From Halalkalibacterium halodurans (GTDB taxonomy: Bacteria > Bacillota > Bacilli > Bacillales > Bacillaceae_D), in assembly GCF_004376175.1 (NCBI RefSeq), contig NZ_SNUY01000023.1, forward strand, positions 7,001-39,000: 32,000 bases of DNA. Direction: 5' to 3'. The stretch's first letter is position 1, and each line of letters opens with the position of its first letter. The position numbers and the translations under genes are program-made. Of this stretch, positions 1 to 9,797 are shown in pieces. The notes under the pieces are model-generated. The model saw only the letters and a list, made by a program, of their open reading frames with translations. It did not search any database and had not been told where the DNA came from.

Positions 1-14
1 ATTTTGTGTAAATA
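1..14. repeat. Inner part of the left terminal inverted repeat of the IS
   Basis: ATTTTGTGTAAATA is the exact reverse complement of 1583-1596. Confidence 0.8.
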
Positions 15-44
15 GAAATGCACTAAATGATGTTCATAGAAAAA

Positions 45-102
45 AGAAGACCCTTTCTGTAGAATAAAGTTAGCCGACTAAATTCACAGAAAAGAGGTCT
101 TC
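45..102 (+). promoter_or_regulatory. Hairpin sequestering the transposase ribosome-binding site
   Basis: 46-60 (GAAGACCCTTTCTGT) pairs with 86-102 (ACAGAAAAGAGGTCTTC): 15 bp with two 1-nt bulges and a 25-nt loop. The 3' arm contains the AAGAGG Shine-Dalgarno located 8 nt before the ATG at 106. Confidence 0.5.
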
Positions 103-105
103 CCT

Positions 106-1293
106 ATGAATCATCTTACTACAGATTTAATCGAAGCACTAGCACAAAAACAAGATATCGAAGAAGTTTTTCGTCAGCATTTGGAAACAGCTATCAATCA
201 GCTGTTGAAACATGAATTAACTGTCTTTTTAGACTATGAGCCTTATGATCGAGAAGGTTTTCATTCTGGTAATTCCCGTAATGGCTTTTACGATCGTACG
301 TTTAAAACCGAATACGGAGAACTACATCTTCGTATCCCTAGAGACCGTAATGGCGAGTTCCAACAACAAACAATAGCTCCTTATAAGCGTTCCAATGATA
401 CGCTGGAACAGTTTGTCATTCATCTTTATGAAAAAGGGATTACGACAAATGAAATCGCTAATCTTATCGAGCGAATGTATGGACATCACTATTCCAAACA
501 AACGGTTTCGAACCTAACGCAACTTGTTTCTGAAGACGTGCAGGCTTTCCATGAACGAAAGCTGGAAGAACGCTATGTGTGCATTTACCTAGATGCCACT
601 CATATTCCGATTCGACGTCAAACGGTTGAAAAAGAAGCTGTCTACATCGCTATTGGTATTACGGAAGAAGGAAACAAAGAAGTTTTAGACTTTACCATTG
701 CACCAACAGAGTCTTCTCACGTATGGGAAGAACTCATCCAATGCCTACATGAGCGAGGAGTAGAAAACGTCCTTCTTTTCATTTCCGATGGATTGCCAGG
801 GATGACGGATAGCATTCATCGCGTCTATCCAAAGGCGAAGCATCAAGTGTGCTGTGTACATGTCGCTCGAAACATTTCCAGTAAAGTACGTGTAAAGGAT
901 CGCGCAGCCATTCTCGATGATTTCAAGGCTGTCTATCAAGCGAAAGACCGTGAAGAAGCTTTAGAAGCCTTAGAACAAATGCAAAGTAAGTGGGAAAAGC
1001 CCTATCCACGTGTCATTGAATCTGTGATGAACAATGAACAGATCTTAACGTTTTATGATTTTCCAGCTTCCATTCGTCGCAGCATCTACTCGACAAATTT
1101 AATTGAAGCTTTTAACAAAGAAATCAAACGATATGTCAAACGCAAAGAACAATTCCCGAATGAAGAATCCTTAGAACGTTTTCTCGTGACACGGTTTCTA
1201 GACTATAATCACAAATTTGGCATGCGTTGTCATCGAGGCTTTGAAAAGGCAAAATCAGAATTGATACACATGTTTGAAGCACTAGAATATTAA
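106..1293 (+). CDS. IS256-family (Mutator-type, DDE) transposase
   Basis: The 395-aa ORF has family-typical blocks (YLDATH, ISDGLPG, NLIEAFNKEIKRY) and an AAGAGG RBS. It lies inside the terminal IRs. Confidence 0.93.
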   Translation: MNHLTTDLIEALAQKQDIEEVFRQHLETAINQLLKHELTVFLDYEPYDREGFHSGNSRNGFYDRTFKTEYGELHLRIPRDRNGEFQQQTIAPYKRSNDTLEQFVIHLYEKGITTNEIANLIERMYGHHYSKQTVSNLTQLVSEDVQAFHERKLEERYVCIYLDATHIPIRRQTVEKEAVYIAIGITEEGNKEVLDFTIAPTESSHVWEELIQCLHERGVENVLLFISDGLPGMTDSIHRVYPKAKHQVCCVHVARNISSKVRVKDRAAILDDFKAVYQAKDREEALEALEQMQSKWEKPYPRVIESVMNNEQILTFYDFPASIRRSIYSTNLIEAFNKEIKRYVKRKEQFPNEESLERFLVTRFLDYNHKFGMRCHRGFEKAKSELIHMFEALEY

Positions 1294-1313
1294 GCTCTAG
1301 CACCAATCCGCCA

Positions 1314-1489
1314 TCCTTGACCTTGTTTGCGGTCGTGGTGTTGTGTACGTTGGCGGATGGGAAAAATAAAGCCCTATGTGGGACTTCATCCGCACACCGA
1401 GCGTACCACGACCGACCTTTTCTAAGTTCTCGCTGGCTGGGTCCCTGAACCCAACCAGCAAGAACTAAGAAAAGGCACAAGGTCAAGGA
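1314..1489. other. Three-helix structured module in the IS 3' non-coding region (nested MITE or structured RNA; function unknown)
   Basis: Helix A is 1314-1325/1478-1489 (12 bp, perfect). Helix B is 1330-1339/1405-1414 (10 bp), extended by 1343-1346/1394-1397 and 1353-1359/1387-1393. Helix C is 1416-1442/1449-1475, with 24 Watson-Crick pairs out of 27 positions and a 6-nt loop. No U-tract follows on either strand. Confidence 0.45.
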
Positions 1490-1582
1490 CAAGCAGCTAC
1501 CGCTGTGGCTCTGTGTTTCACCTAAAATAGAAGTTTTACCAAGTAAAATAAGCAGGGCTAACCTATCTACTAGAAACAGGGG

Positions 1583-1596
1583 TATTTACACAAAAT
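1583..1596. repeat. Inner part of the right terminal inverted repeat of the IS
   Basis: TATTTACACAAAAT is the exact reverse complement of 1-14. Confidence 0.8.
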
Positions 1597-1953
1597 TATT
1601 GACACACCCCGACACAAACCCATCAAAATCTCTATACCAGATAAAGTGAAAAGGAAATCCCATAGCATACTCTGAAATACCTGTTGAACTTATTCTACTT
1701 GGTGGAAAAAAACGACATGTAACAAAGGGATAATCATGCTCATTCCAATGATCTTTTTATTGACCCTTCCCAAAGCAATCACCTCTTTTAAATTTATTAT
1801 ATAATACAATACATACTCTGGACTCTACTAAGAATACAGCCTACTTGCTTTAAAAGTAATAGGATATACAATAGGGGCTAGAATCAATAATACTTGGAAT
1901 GCTTCACTAGTATTAAAATGATTCAGGGTTTACGTTTATACATGAATGAACAG

Positions 1954-1996
1954 AAAAAAGTTCGGACCATTTTATTTTGATGATCCGAACTTTTTT
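1954..1996 (-). terminator. Rho-independent terminator after the MurR/RpiR gene (bidirectional shape)
   Basis: AAAAAAGTTCGGA (1954-1966) pairs with TCCGAACTTTTTT (1984-1996). A/T runs lie on both sides, 25 nt below the stop at 2021. Confidence 0.7.
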
Positions 1997-2020
1997 CGTC
2001 TGGCTAGTTTTGTCCCAGCC

Positions 2021-2875
2021 TCACTTTCGTTTTTCTTCTGTTTTCTTTCGCGATGCATCAAACGCATCAAGGAGGTCGCTTCCGATTCGGTGGAAAACAG
2101 AAACGTAGAGAGCGTCGATCACATTTAATTGGCTCGTCCTTGAAGCAATGCTTCCGATCCGCTGCTGTACTTCAATATCAGGGATGAGTAATGAAACAGC
2201 CGCTTTACGGGTAAGAGCAGAACGGGATGACGCTGTAATTCCAATAAGCTTAACGTTTCGCTCCTTTGCATAGTCTGCTATGTCGAGTACTTCCTTCGTA
2301 TTTCCAGACGTACTCATACAGATCACCACATCCTGCTCATCCATCATCGTAATAAATGGGATCATCTGATGATAGTCACCTGAGGCAAGTGAGTGGAAGC
2401 CTAAACGCATAAATTTATACTGACCGTCGATACATGACGTAAATGAGCCACCAACACCAAAAAAGGCTATTTTTTTGGCTTTCACCATTTGCTCAACCGC
2501 TTCCGTAAATGCCTGTTCATTCATCGCTTTTGTTGCCATATCTAAAGCCATTTGATTCAACGACGAGACCTTTTGAAATAAGATCGGCGGGGAATCATCG
2601 GTTTCTAAAAGGGAGGCACTGTTAATGTAAGCTTCTTTTCGGGTTAGTTCTTTCGCTAGCGCCAGCTTCAGTTTCGGGAAGCTTTCTAAACCTAAGCGCT
2701 TACAAAATCGGACAATGCTTGATTGGCTGGCATTGGCTTGCTCCGCCAACTGCTTTGTCGTCATCGTTGGGACAAGCTCCGGATGTTTCAGGACATAGTT
2801 TGCAACCTTCGTCTCCGCCGCTGGAAAAGAAGCTAATTCCTGTTCTATTTTCGCAAGTAACATCGTTTGTGGCAC
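2021..2875 (-). CDS. MurR/RpiR-family transcriptional regulator (N-terminal HTH plus C-terminal SIS sugar-phosphate-binding domain)
   Basis: The 284-aa ORF has an HTH region (TTKQLAEQANASQSSIVRFCKRLG) and a SIS-type GVGGS...STSGNT pattern. The start is a GTG at 2875; an in-frame ATG at 2863 is an alternative. Confidence 0.85.
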   Translation of the reverse strand: MPQTMLLAKIEQELASFPAAETKVANYVLKHPELVPTMTTKQLAEQANASQSSIVRFCKRLGLESFPKLKLALAKELTRKEAYINSASLLETDDSPPILFQKVSSLNQMALDMATKAMNEQAFTEAVEQMVKAKKIAFFGVGGSFTSCIDGQYKFMRLGFHSLASGDYHQMIPFITMMDEQDVVICMSTSGNTKEVLDIADYAKERNVKLIGITASSRSALTRKAAVSLLIPDIEVQQRIGSIASRTSQLNVIDALYVSVFHRIGSDLLDAFDASRKKTEEKRK

Positions 2876-3071
2876 AAAATCACACCGTTTCTCATAAATT
2901 GTTCCTTTTCTATCATCGTCGTTTTTTTATTGAAAATCAAGTCTTCATTTAAGCAAAATGACCTTCTACGATTTGTTTCAACAAGCTTGATTTGACCATT
3001 AAGTTTTAATGTGAGAGAGTCTTGGCTTGTTGCCAGTCCTACAGGGGAGTCATTGTTTATTTATCCCTGTC

Positions 3072-3115
3072 CCTTACAAAAGAAAACGACCTTGCACGAG
3101 CTAAGCAAAGTCGTT
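3072..3115 (-). terminator. Terminator of the his operon
   Basis: The stem 3085-3095/3105-3115 has one non-Watson-Crick position, which is G-U on the minus-strand RNA. It is followed on the minus strand by TTTTCTTTTG. Confidence 0.75.
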
Positions 3116-3122
3116 CCATCCG

Positions 3123-3758
3123 TCACTCCTCTTTTGGGCGATGCCTTTCTTCAAGTACGGCTAGCACCTCATCGACGGGAAGCTTCTGTTCACGAAGAAG
3201 GACGAGTAAATGATAAAGCAAGTCAGCCACTTCCCACTTCAGCTCTTCGGCATCGCGATTTTTTGCAGCAATGACTACTTCTGTTGCCTCTTCTCCGACC
3301 TTTTTCAATATTTTGTCTACACCTTTTTCAAATAAATAGGTCGTATAGGCCCCTTCAGGCATTTCAGCTTCTCGCTCAGCAATAAGCGCTTCAAGCGTTG
3401 CTATGATTCCAAATCGATCGCTAGCTCCATATATTTTTTTTCCGAAAACCGATTCAAAAAAGCAGGAATACTTCCCTGTATGACATGCGGGCCCTTTCAG
3501 TTCGACTAGAACGACTAATGCATCGCCGTCGCAATCGTAACGAATGTCGACCACTTTTTGTGTATGACCAGACGTTGCCCCTTTATGCCAAAGCTCTTGT
3601 CGCGATCTGCTGTAAAACCAAGTTTCTCCTGTTTCCACCGTTTTTTCGAACGATTCACGATTCATATAAGCGACCGTTACAACTTCCTTGCTTTGCGCAT
3701 CTTGGACAACAGCCGGAATAAGCCCCTTGTCGTCAAATGTTAGATCATCAACGTTCAT
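3123..3758 (-). CDS. hisIE: Bifunctional phosphoribosyl-AMP cyclohydrolase / phosphoribosyl-ATP pyrophosphatase
   Basis: 211 aa. The HisI part ([19 protein letters not shown]) is fused to a HisE MazG-like tail. There is a 4-nt ATGA overlap with hisF. Confidence 0.95.
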   Translation of the reverse strand: MNVDDLTFDDKGLIPAVVQDAQSKEVVTVAYMNRESFEKTVETGETWFYSRSRQELWHKGATSGHTQKVVDIRYDCDGDALVVLVELKGPACHTGKYSCFFESVFGKKIYGASDRFGIIATLEALIAEREAEMPEGAYTTYLFEKGVDKILKKVGEEATEVVIAAKNRDAEELKWEVADLLYHLLVLLREQKLPVDEVLAVLEERHRPKEE

Positions 3759-4513
3759 CGTACCGCCACCCCTTCTTCACGCAAATGCGTTTTCACTTCA
3801 GCAACTGATGTTTCTTTATAATGGAAAATGGAAGCGGCCAAAGCGGCATCCGCATAAGCATTCATAAAAACGTCCACAAAATCTTCCTTTGCTCCGGCAC
3901 CACCTGAGGCAATCACTGGAACGCTCACGGCTTCACTCACCTTGGTCGTCAAGGCAAGGTCAAAACCCGTCTTCGCACCATCTTGATCCATGCTTGTGAG
4001 CAAAATTTCCCCAGCTCCGCGACGGACTGCTTCTCTCGCCCAGTCACACACTTCCCATTCTGTCGGTGTCCGTCCTCCATGGGTGTAAATACGCCAAGAT
4101 CCAAGGGCTACATCGTATTTTGCATCAATCGCAACGACGATACACTGGGAGCCAAAATAGTCGGCACCTTCAGTAATAAGCTCTGGACGCGTAACCGCTG
4201 CTGTATTTAACGATACTTTATCTGCTCCTGCACGCAGCACGCGCTTCATGTCCTCCAGGGAGTTGATCCCTCCTCCAACGGTAAACGGAATCGCCAACGT
4301 TCCTGCCACTTTTTCGACCACATCAATCATCGTCTCACGCCCTTCGTGGGAGGCGGAAATATCAAGAAATACGAGTTCATCTGCTCCTTGTTCATCGTAA
4401 AAGGCAGCAAGCTCTACAGGGTCACCAGCATCACGTAAGTCAACGAATTGCACCCCTTTGACGACCCGGCCATCCTTCACATCTAAGCATGGAATGATCC
4501 GCTTTGTGAGCAT
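3755..4513 (-). CDS. hisF: Imidazole glycerol phosphate synthase, cyclase subunit
   Basis: 252 aa, beginning [20 protein letters not shown] with a TIM-barrel HisF signature. Operon context supports the call. Confidence 0.96.
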   Translation of the reverse strand: MLTKRIIPCLDVKDGRVVKGVQFVDLRDAGDPVELAAFYDEQGADELVFLDISASHEGRETMIDVVEKVAGTLAIPFTVGGGINSLEDMKRVLRAGADKVSLNTAAVTRPELITEGADYFGSQCIVVAIDAKYDVALGSWRIYTHGGRTPTEWEVCDWAREAVRRGAGEILLTSMDQDGAKTGFDLALTTKVSEAVSVPVIASGGAGAKEDFVDVFMNAYADAALAASIFHYKETSVAEVKTHLREEGVAVR

Positions 4514-5247
4514 TAGCTCTCCTCCTTTAACGCATCTTCCAGCGTAAATTGATTCGTGTACAAGGCTTTACCGACAATAGCCCCTGCGATTCCGTTCTGC
4601 TTTTCGTTTCTGAGAGCATCGAGGTCTTGTAAGGAGCTAACCCCTCCTGATGCGATCACCTGTTTTCCTGTCGCCTTCGCTAGCTGAACAATCGCCTCCG
4701 TATTCGGCCCCGACAGCATGCCATCGCGAGAAATATCAGTAAAAATAAAGACTTCTGCCCCATGCCGGGCGAGCTCTTGCCCAAGCGTTTCCGCTTTTAC
4801 CGAGGACGTTTCCAGCCAGCCTTCCGTTGCCACGTACCCGTCGCGCGCATCTAAGCCGATGGCGATTTTTTCTCCGCCATATTTCTGCAACATTTCTTTC
4901 GTAAACGCAGGATTGTTCACGGCCACACTCCCTAAAATCACCCGACTGATTCCCCGGTCTAGGTAATACGCGATGTCCTCTGCCGTTCGGATTCCGCCCC
5001 CAACTTGAACGTTCACATCGAGCTCTGTTGCGACCTTAACGACGTGCTCGTGGTTCATACGTTCTTTTGCCTTAGCTCCATCTAAATCGACCATATGAAT
5101 CCATTCAGCACCTTGTTCGGCAAACGACTTTGCCATGGTAAACGGAGAATCCCCATAAACGGTCTCTTGATTGTAGTCGCCTTGGACGAGACGAACACAT
5201 TTGCCGTCGCGCATATCAATCGCCGGGTAAATGATAAACTTAGCCAC
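4513..5247 (-). CDS. hisA: ProFAR isomerase
   Basis: 244 aa with [15 protein letters not shown] and a HisA fold signature. It has a GTG start and overlaps both hisH and hisF. Confidence 0.95.
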
Positions 5248-5884
5248 GCGCCTTCACTCCCTTTTCCACCATTGCTCCGTAATTGCGTAAAATACTCATC
5301 CCAACGTTGCTGCTTTTCTCTGGATGAAATTGAGTCCCAAAAATGTTCCCACGCCCAACGACCGCTGGCACCGTTTCATAATAATGACTTGTCGCAAGCA
5401 GAACATCGTCCGCTTCCGTCTTCACGACATAAGAGTGAACAAAATAAACATGCCCCTCTTCAACATCCGTTAATAACGGGTGGTTCGGCTTTCGAAAGGT
5501 TAACTGATTCCACCCCATATGCGGCACTTTATACGTTGAACCGTCCGTTGCAACACCTGGAAAGCGTATGACGCGACCTGGCAGCAACGACAACCCTTTC
5601 GTCCGTTTATTTTCTTCACTCTCTTCAAACAACAGCTGCATCCCTAGGCAAATGCCTAACAGCGGTTTTCCTTCGTCTACCCAATCTTTTATAAAGGCCG
5701 TAAGCCCCGTCTCATTTAAAATGGCCATCGCGTCATGAAACGACCCTACTCCTGGCAAAATTAAGCCGTCTGCCTTTTGCAATTCCTCAGGCTGTTCGGA
5801 GACGATATACGACCATGATAATCGTTCAAGTGCTTTACTGACGCTGTGCAAGTTTCCCATACCATAATCAATGATGCCGAGCAT
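5240..5884 (-). CDS. hisH: Imidazole glycerol phosphate synthase, glutamine amidotransferase subunit
   Basis: 214 aa with the class-I GATase motifs GICLGMQ and HSY. Confidence 0.96.
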
Positions 5885-6469
5885 TTATAACATTCCTTTC
5901 GTAGAAGGTACACCTTTGACACGTGAATCGATCGTCGTGGCTTCATCGAGGGCGCGAGCAAGCGCCTTAAAAATCGCCTCAATGATATGGTGTGTGTTTT
6001 CGCCATAGTGCACGATGACATGAAGATTCATTCTCGCCTCAAGCGCTAGCTTCCATAAAAATTCGTGCACGAGCTCTGTATCGAATGTGCCCACTTTCTC
6101 ACTCGGCATGTCCGCACGAAACTCTAGATGGGGACGGTTACTTAAATCGACAACGACTTGAGCAAGCGTTTCGTCCATTGGGACAAAAGCGCTACCGTAC
6201 CGACGAATCCCTTTTTTATCAGCGAGTGCCTCCTTAAGCGCTAGACCAAGGCAAATGCCAAGATCCTCGGTTGTATGGTGGTCATCCACTTCGGTATCTC
6301 CTTTTGCATCGATCGTCAAATTGAAATGACCGTGCTTCGTAAACAAATCGAGCATATGGGTCATGAATGGAACTCCAGTTGTTAGATTCGATTGGCCTTC
6401 GCCGTCAACCGCAAATGTGAGTGAAATTTGCGTCTCTCCAGTCTTTCGCTCAATTGTTGCCTTTCTCAT
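5885..6469 (-). CDS. hisB: Imidazoleglycerol-phosphate dehydratase
   Basis: 194 aa with RKTGETQI and DDHHTTED motifs. It is monofunctional, as in Bacillus. Confidence 0.96.
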   Translation of the reverse strand: MRKATIERKTGETQISLTFAVDGEGQSNLTTGVPFMTHMLDLFTKHGHFNLTIDAKGDTEVDDHHTTEDLGICLGLALKEALADKKGIRRYGSAFVPMDETLAQVVVDLSNRPHLEFRADMPSEKVGTFDTELVHEFLWKLALEARMNLHVIVHYGENTHHIIEAIFKALARALDEATTIDSRVKGVPSTKGML

Positions 6470-7740
6470 CGTTCATCCTCCAATCGAATGTCAATTGCTC
6501 GAGCGTGAGCTTCCAGTCCTTCTAGCCGGGCAAGTGCAGAAATTTTTGCACCGTTCTCCAATAGAGCTGCTTTGCTATAGGAAATAATGCTTGATTTTTT
6601 CACGAAATCGTCCACATTTAATGGACTTGAAAACCGAGCCGTCCCATTCGTTGGAAGTACGTGATTCGGTCCGGCAAAGTAATCACCTACAGACTCCGAG
6701 CTGTATGGACCTAAAAAGATCGCCCCTGCATGCCGGATTTTTCCCAAGAAGGACATTGGCTCTTCTGCTAAAATTTCTAGATGCTCTGGCGCAAGCTCAT
6801 TTACAACAGATACGGCTTCCTCCAACGTTTCCGTTACGTAGATTGCCCCGTAATCACGAATGGAAGCAGCCGCAATTTCCCGCTTCGGTAAAGTTGTGAG
6901 CTGTTGATCCACTTCTACTGCCACCTCTTCGGCTAACGCTCTTGATGGCGTGACGAGAATGGCGGAGGCACGTTCATCATGCTCGGCCTGAGACAATAAA
7001 TCAGCTGCAATGTAGCGCGGATTCGCTCGTTCGTCAGCCAACACAACAATCTCCGATGGACCTGCGATCATGTCAATGTCCACATGACCAAAAACAGCCC
7101 GTTTTGCTAAAGCGACATAAATGTTACCAGGGCCCGTAATTTTATCAACGGCAGGGACTGATTCAGTACCATAGGCTAAGGCAGCGATCGCCTGAGCACC
7201 CCCAACTTTTAAAATCGTCTTAACTCCTAACTCAGCCGCAGTTACAAGAACACCGGCCGGGATGGAGCCATCTTTTTGCGGTGGTGAAACGATCACAATG
7301 TTTTGTACTCCCGCCACTTGGGCTGGGATGACATTCATCATGATCGAAGATGGATAGGCTGCTTTACCACCTGGAACGTAAAGACCGACAGAATCAAGGG
7401 GGGTTATTTTTTGTCCGAGAATCGTTCCGTCCGGCTTTGTCGTCATCCATGAATTTCTTTTTTGCCGTTCATGAAAATCGCGAATGTTTTCAATCGCCTC
7501 GCCGATCGCTTGAAGTACAGGCTCCTCCATTTCTCGGTACGCTGCTTCGATCTCGGCTTGCTGCACACGTAAAGTTGTCAAGTCGGCACCATCAAATTGC
7601 TTGGTTAATGTAAAAAGGGCTTGATCTCCCTGTTCGCGTACTTGGGCAATAATTGAATGGACGGCATCTTGCTGCATATCCGTCCCCGTATCTAAATCTC
7701 GTTTTAAGCTAACCGAATCATTTATTGTTACGATCTTCAT
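6466..7740 (-). CDS. hisD: Histidinol dehydrogenase
   Basis: 424 aa with the QAEHD and [12 protein letters not shown] motifs. Confidence 0.96.
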   Translation of the reverse strand: MKIVTINDSVSLKRDLDTGTDMQQDAVHSIIAQVREQGDQALFTLTKQFDGADLTTLRVQQAEIEAAYREMEEPVLQAIGEAIENIRDFHERQKRNSWMTTKPDGTILGQKITPLDSVGLYVPGGKAAYPSSIMMNVIPAQVAGVQNIVIVSPPQKDGSIPAGVLVTAAELGVKTILKVGGAQAIAALAYGTESVPAVDKITGPGNIYVALAKRAVFGHVDIDMIAGPSEIVVLADERANPRYIAADLLSQAEHDERASAILVTPSRALAEEVAVEVDQQLTTLPKREIAAASIRDYGAIYVTETLEEAVSVVNELAPEHLEILAEEPMSFLGKIRHAGAIFLGPYSSESVGDYFAGPNHVLPTNGTARFSSPLNVDDFVKKSSIISYSKAALLENGAKISALARLEGLEAHARAIDIRLEDER

Positions 7741-8375
7741 CCGCCATCCCCCTCTACTACTTGCAACAATCGTTCAACCATTTCATCTATGCGCTCATCC
7801 TTCATGCGATAACTTACCGGGTTGACGATGAGACGCGAGGTGATCGTCATCATTTTTTCTAGTTCCACAAGTCCATTTTCCCGCAACGTTCGACCTGTCG
7901 ACACAATGTCAACGATTCGATCGGCTAGACCAATCAGTGGGGCAAGCTCAATCGAACCATTGAGCTTAATGATTTCCACCTGCTCTCCTTGCTCCTTAAA
8001 ATAACGGGTCGCCAAATGAGGATATTTCGACGCCACTTTTGGATTCAGATCGTGCTTTTTCTCATAATTCGGTAACCCGGCAACCGCTAAGTAGCATTCA
8101 CTAATCTTCAAGTCAAGCACTTCATAAACATCCCGTTCTTCTTCAAGCATCACGTCTTTTCCTGCAACCCCTACGTCAGCAACCCCGTGCTCGACATAGG
8201 TTGGAACATCCATCGGTTTGGCTAAGATGAAGCGCATATTCTCCTCAGGAACGTCGACAATGAGCTTTCGCGAAGCCTCGAACTCAGCTGGCAAGTTGTA
8301 GCCTGCTTTTCTCAATAACCCTACAGCTTCATCGAAAATTCGCCCTTTCGGCATCGCTACCGTTAACATGCTCAT
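7737..8375 (-). CDS. hisG: ATP phosphoribosyltransferase, short form
   Basis: 212 aa. It is a short HisG that needs HisZ, and hisZ lies immediately upstream. Confidence 0.95.
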   Translation of the reverse strand: MSMLTVAMPKGRIFDEAVGLLRKAGYNLPAEFEASRKLIVDVPEENMRFILAKPMDVPTYVEHGVADVGVAGKDVMLEEERDVYEVLDLKISECYLAVAGLPNYEKKHDLNPKVASKYPHLATRYFKEQGEQVEIIKLNGSIELAPLIGLADRIVDIVSTGRTLRENGLVELEKMMTITSRLIVNPVSYRMKDERIDEMVERLLQVVEGDGG

Positions 8376-9565
8376 GCGTCCTCGCCCCCTCTACCTGCTG
8401 TTCCAATACAGTAAATCACATCTTGATAGTTTGACGACATTGCATCTACATCTGTCACGCCAGCTAAATCTTGTAGGACGACCGCTTCTCCGTTTGCTCG
8501 CTTCTTTCTCGCCAGTTCAATTGCTTCAAACCGACGCTCATTACTAAACAAAATACATGTTTGCTCATGTCCATTTGATATGATTTCTCCATTCAATGCT
8601 TCCACCAGTAAATCGATGCGCACACCGAATCCAGTTGCCTGAGCTGGACGATGGAATTTCGATAACAACTCATCATACCGGCCGCCACTACATAACGGCA
8701 CACCGAGCCGGTTGCCATAGCCTTCAAACACGACGCCCGTATAGTAGCTCATATGGAGAACGAGGGTTAGATCAAATTTTACATATTCGCTCGCACCGTA
8801 ACTCTCCAACACCTCATAAAGTTTCGTCATTTCCGCAAGGGCCGTTTTTCCTTTTTCCGTTTGGATCAGCCCTCTCGCCTCTTCGATCGCAGCCCGCCCC
8901 CCGCGTAATGACAGTAAGTTCATGAGTCTGCTTTTATCAATAGTGGACAGGTTTAAACTTTTCACATGCTCACGGTAGCCTACATAATTTTTCTCATATA
9001 AAAACCGACGCAAACGATCCGCCCGTTGCTCATTACCGACCACATCCATCAGCAAAGCATTCACATAACCTACATGGCCAATCGCCACCTTAAATTCGGA
9101 TAGACCCGCCCGTTTTAATGCGGCGATCATGAGAGCGATCACTTCCCCATCAGCACTCGCCGTCCCGTCACCAATTAATTCAACACCTAATTGCTCAAAT
9201 TCTGCTGGCTTGCCCCCTTCGTTTTGTTGCGCTCGGTAAACATTGGACTGATAGGCAAGTCGTAATGGATACGCCCGATCTTTTAAGCTGGAGGCAACAA
9301 GGCGCGCAATTGGAGCGGTCATGTCAGGTCTGAGCACAAGGGTATTCCCTTGTTGATCCAACAGCTTAAACAACTGCTGATCTAAAATGGCCGATACAAC
9401 TCCCACCGTCTCATAATACTCAAGCGTTGGTGTTTCTATCATATCGTAACCCCAAAGGTTGATTTCTTCGGTCATTTGATCACAAATATTCTTTTTCGTC
9501 TTATACCATTCAGGAAGGGTATCCCGCATGCCAAATGGTTTCTCAAACATAAACGGCTTTGACAT
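8372..9565 (-). CDS. hisZ: ATP phosphoribosyltransferase regulatory subunit (HisRS paralogue)
   Basis: The sequence is class-II aaRS-like (FEKPFGMRD). I place the start at ATG 9565, 8 nt after AGGAG, rather than at the 10-codon-longer track start at 9595. Confidence 0.92.
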   Translation of the reverse strand: MSKPFMFEKPFGMRDTLPEWYKTKKNICDQMTEEINLWGYDMIETPTLEYYETVGVVSAILDQQLFKLLDQQGNTLVLRPDMTAPIARLVASSLKDRAYPLRLAYQSNVYRAQQNEGGKPAEFEQLGVELIGDGTASADGEVIALMIAALKRAGLSEFKVAIGHVGYVNALLMDVVGNEQRADRLRRFLYEKNYVGYREHVKSLNLSTIDKSRLMNLLSLRGGRAAIEEARGLIQTEKGKTALAEMTKLYEVLESYGASEYVKFDLTLVLHMSYYTGVVFEGYGNRLGVPLCSGGRYDELLSKFHRPAQATGFGVRIDLLVEALNGEIISNGHEQTCILFSNERRFEAIELARKKRANGEAVVLQDLAGVTDVDAMSSNYQDVIYCIGTAGRGGEDA

Positions 9566-9604
9566 TCTCCACACTCCTAGCTTTAGGATCAACAAACAGA
9601 TACT

Positions 9605-9624
9605 TTAGTTCGCTAATATACTAA
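9605..9624. promoter_or_regulatory. Candidate operator palindrome in the his leader
   Basis: TTAGT-N10-ACTAA lies 20-45 nt downstream of the predicted -10, in a roughly 80-nt leader that has no T-box or attenuator. Confidence 0.3.
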
Positions 9625-9644
9625 CAAGATAAAGGATTAGTAGT

Positions 9645-9673
9645 AGTTTACCTAGTTTTTTGAATTTCGTCAA
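9645..9673 (-). promoter_or_regulatory. SigA-type promoter of the his operon
   Basis: On the minus strand: TTGACG (9673-9668), a 17-nt spacer, then TAAACT (9650-9645). Confidence 0.55.
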
Positions 9674-9760
9674 CAATTAGGTGCGCATCTTTTCTATCGT
9701 ATCCTTACACTAAATCCTCAGCTTGATGCGAAACTTCATGGACAAACAGGGGCAAAAATC

Positions 9761-9797
9761 AAAAAGACTAGCCCTTCCAATAGCAAAGGCTAGTCTT
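9761..9797 (-). terminator. Terminator of the hprK-yvoF operon
   Basis: AAGACTAGCC/GGCTAGTCTT forms a 10-bp stem that includes the TAG stop. It is followed on the minus strand by TTTTTGATTTTT. Confidence 0.8.

Larger units (their letters stand above)
1..1610 (+). mobile_element. IS256-family insertion sequence; left terminus truncated by the window edge, right boundary approximate
   Basis: One Mutator/IS256-type transposase ORF is bracketed by a perfect 14-bp inverted repeat (1-14 ATTTTGTGTAAATA; 1583-1596 TATTTACACAAAAT). The IR probably continues outward, past 1596 and left of position 1, so the exact ends and target duplication cannot be read here. Confidence 0.8.

Noticed and set aside
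1136-1492. 118-aa ORF antisense to the transposase 3' end and the structured module
   Set aside because: It has no RBS, and its frame is kept open by palindromic sequence. It is Cys- and Leu-rich with no recognisable family features.
9566-9595. Ten-codon N-terminal extension of hisZ in the ORF track
   Set aside because: The AGGAG RBS lies inside the extension, 8 nt before the ATG at 9565. The HisZ family begins near [10 protein letters not shown].
9566-9760. T-box riboswitch or leader-peptide attenuator for the his operon
   Set aside because: The leader is only about 80 nt. It has no specifier or T-box sequence, no terminator/antiterminator pair, and no His-codon run.
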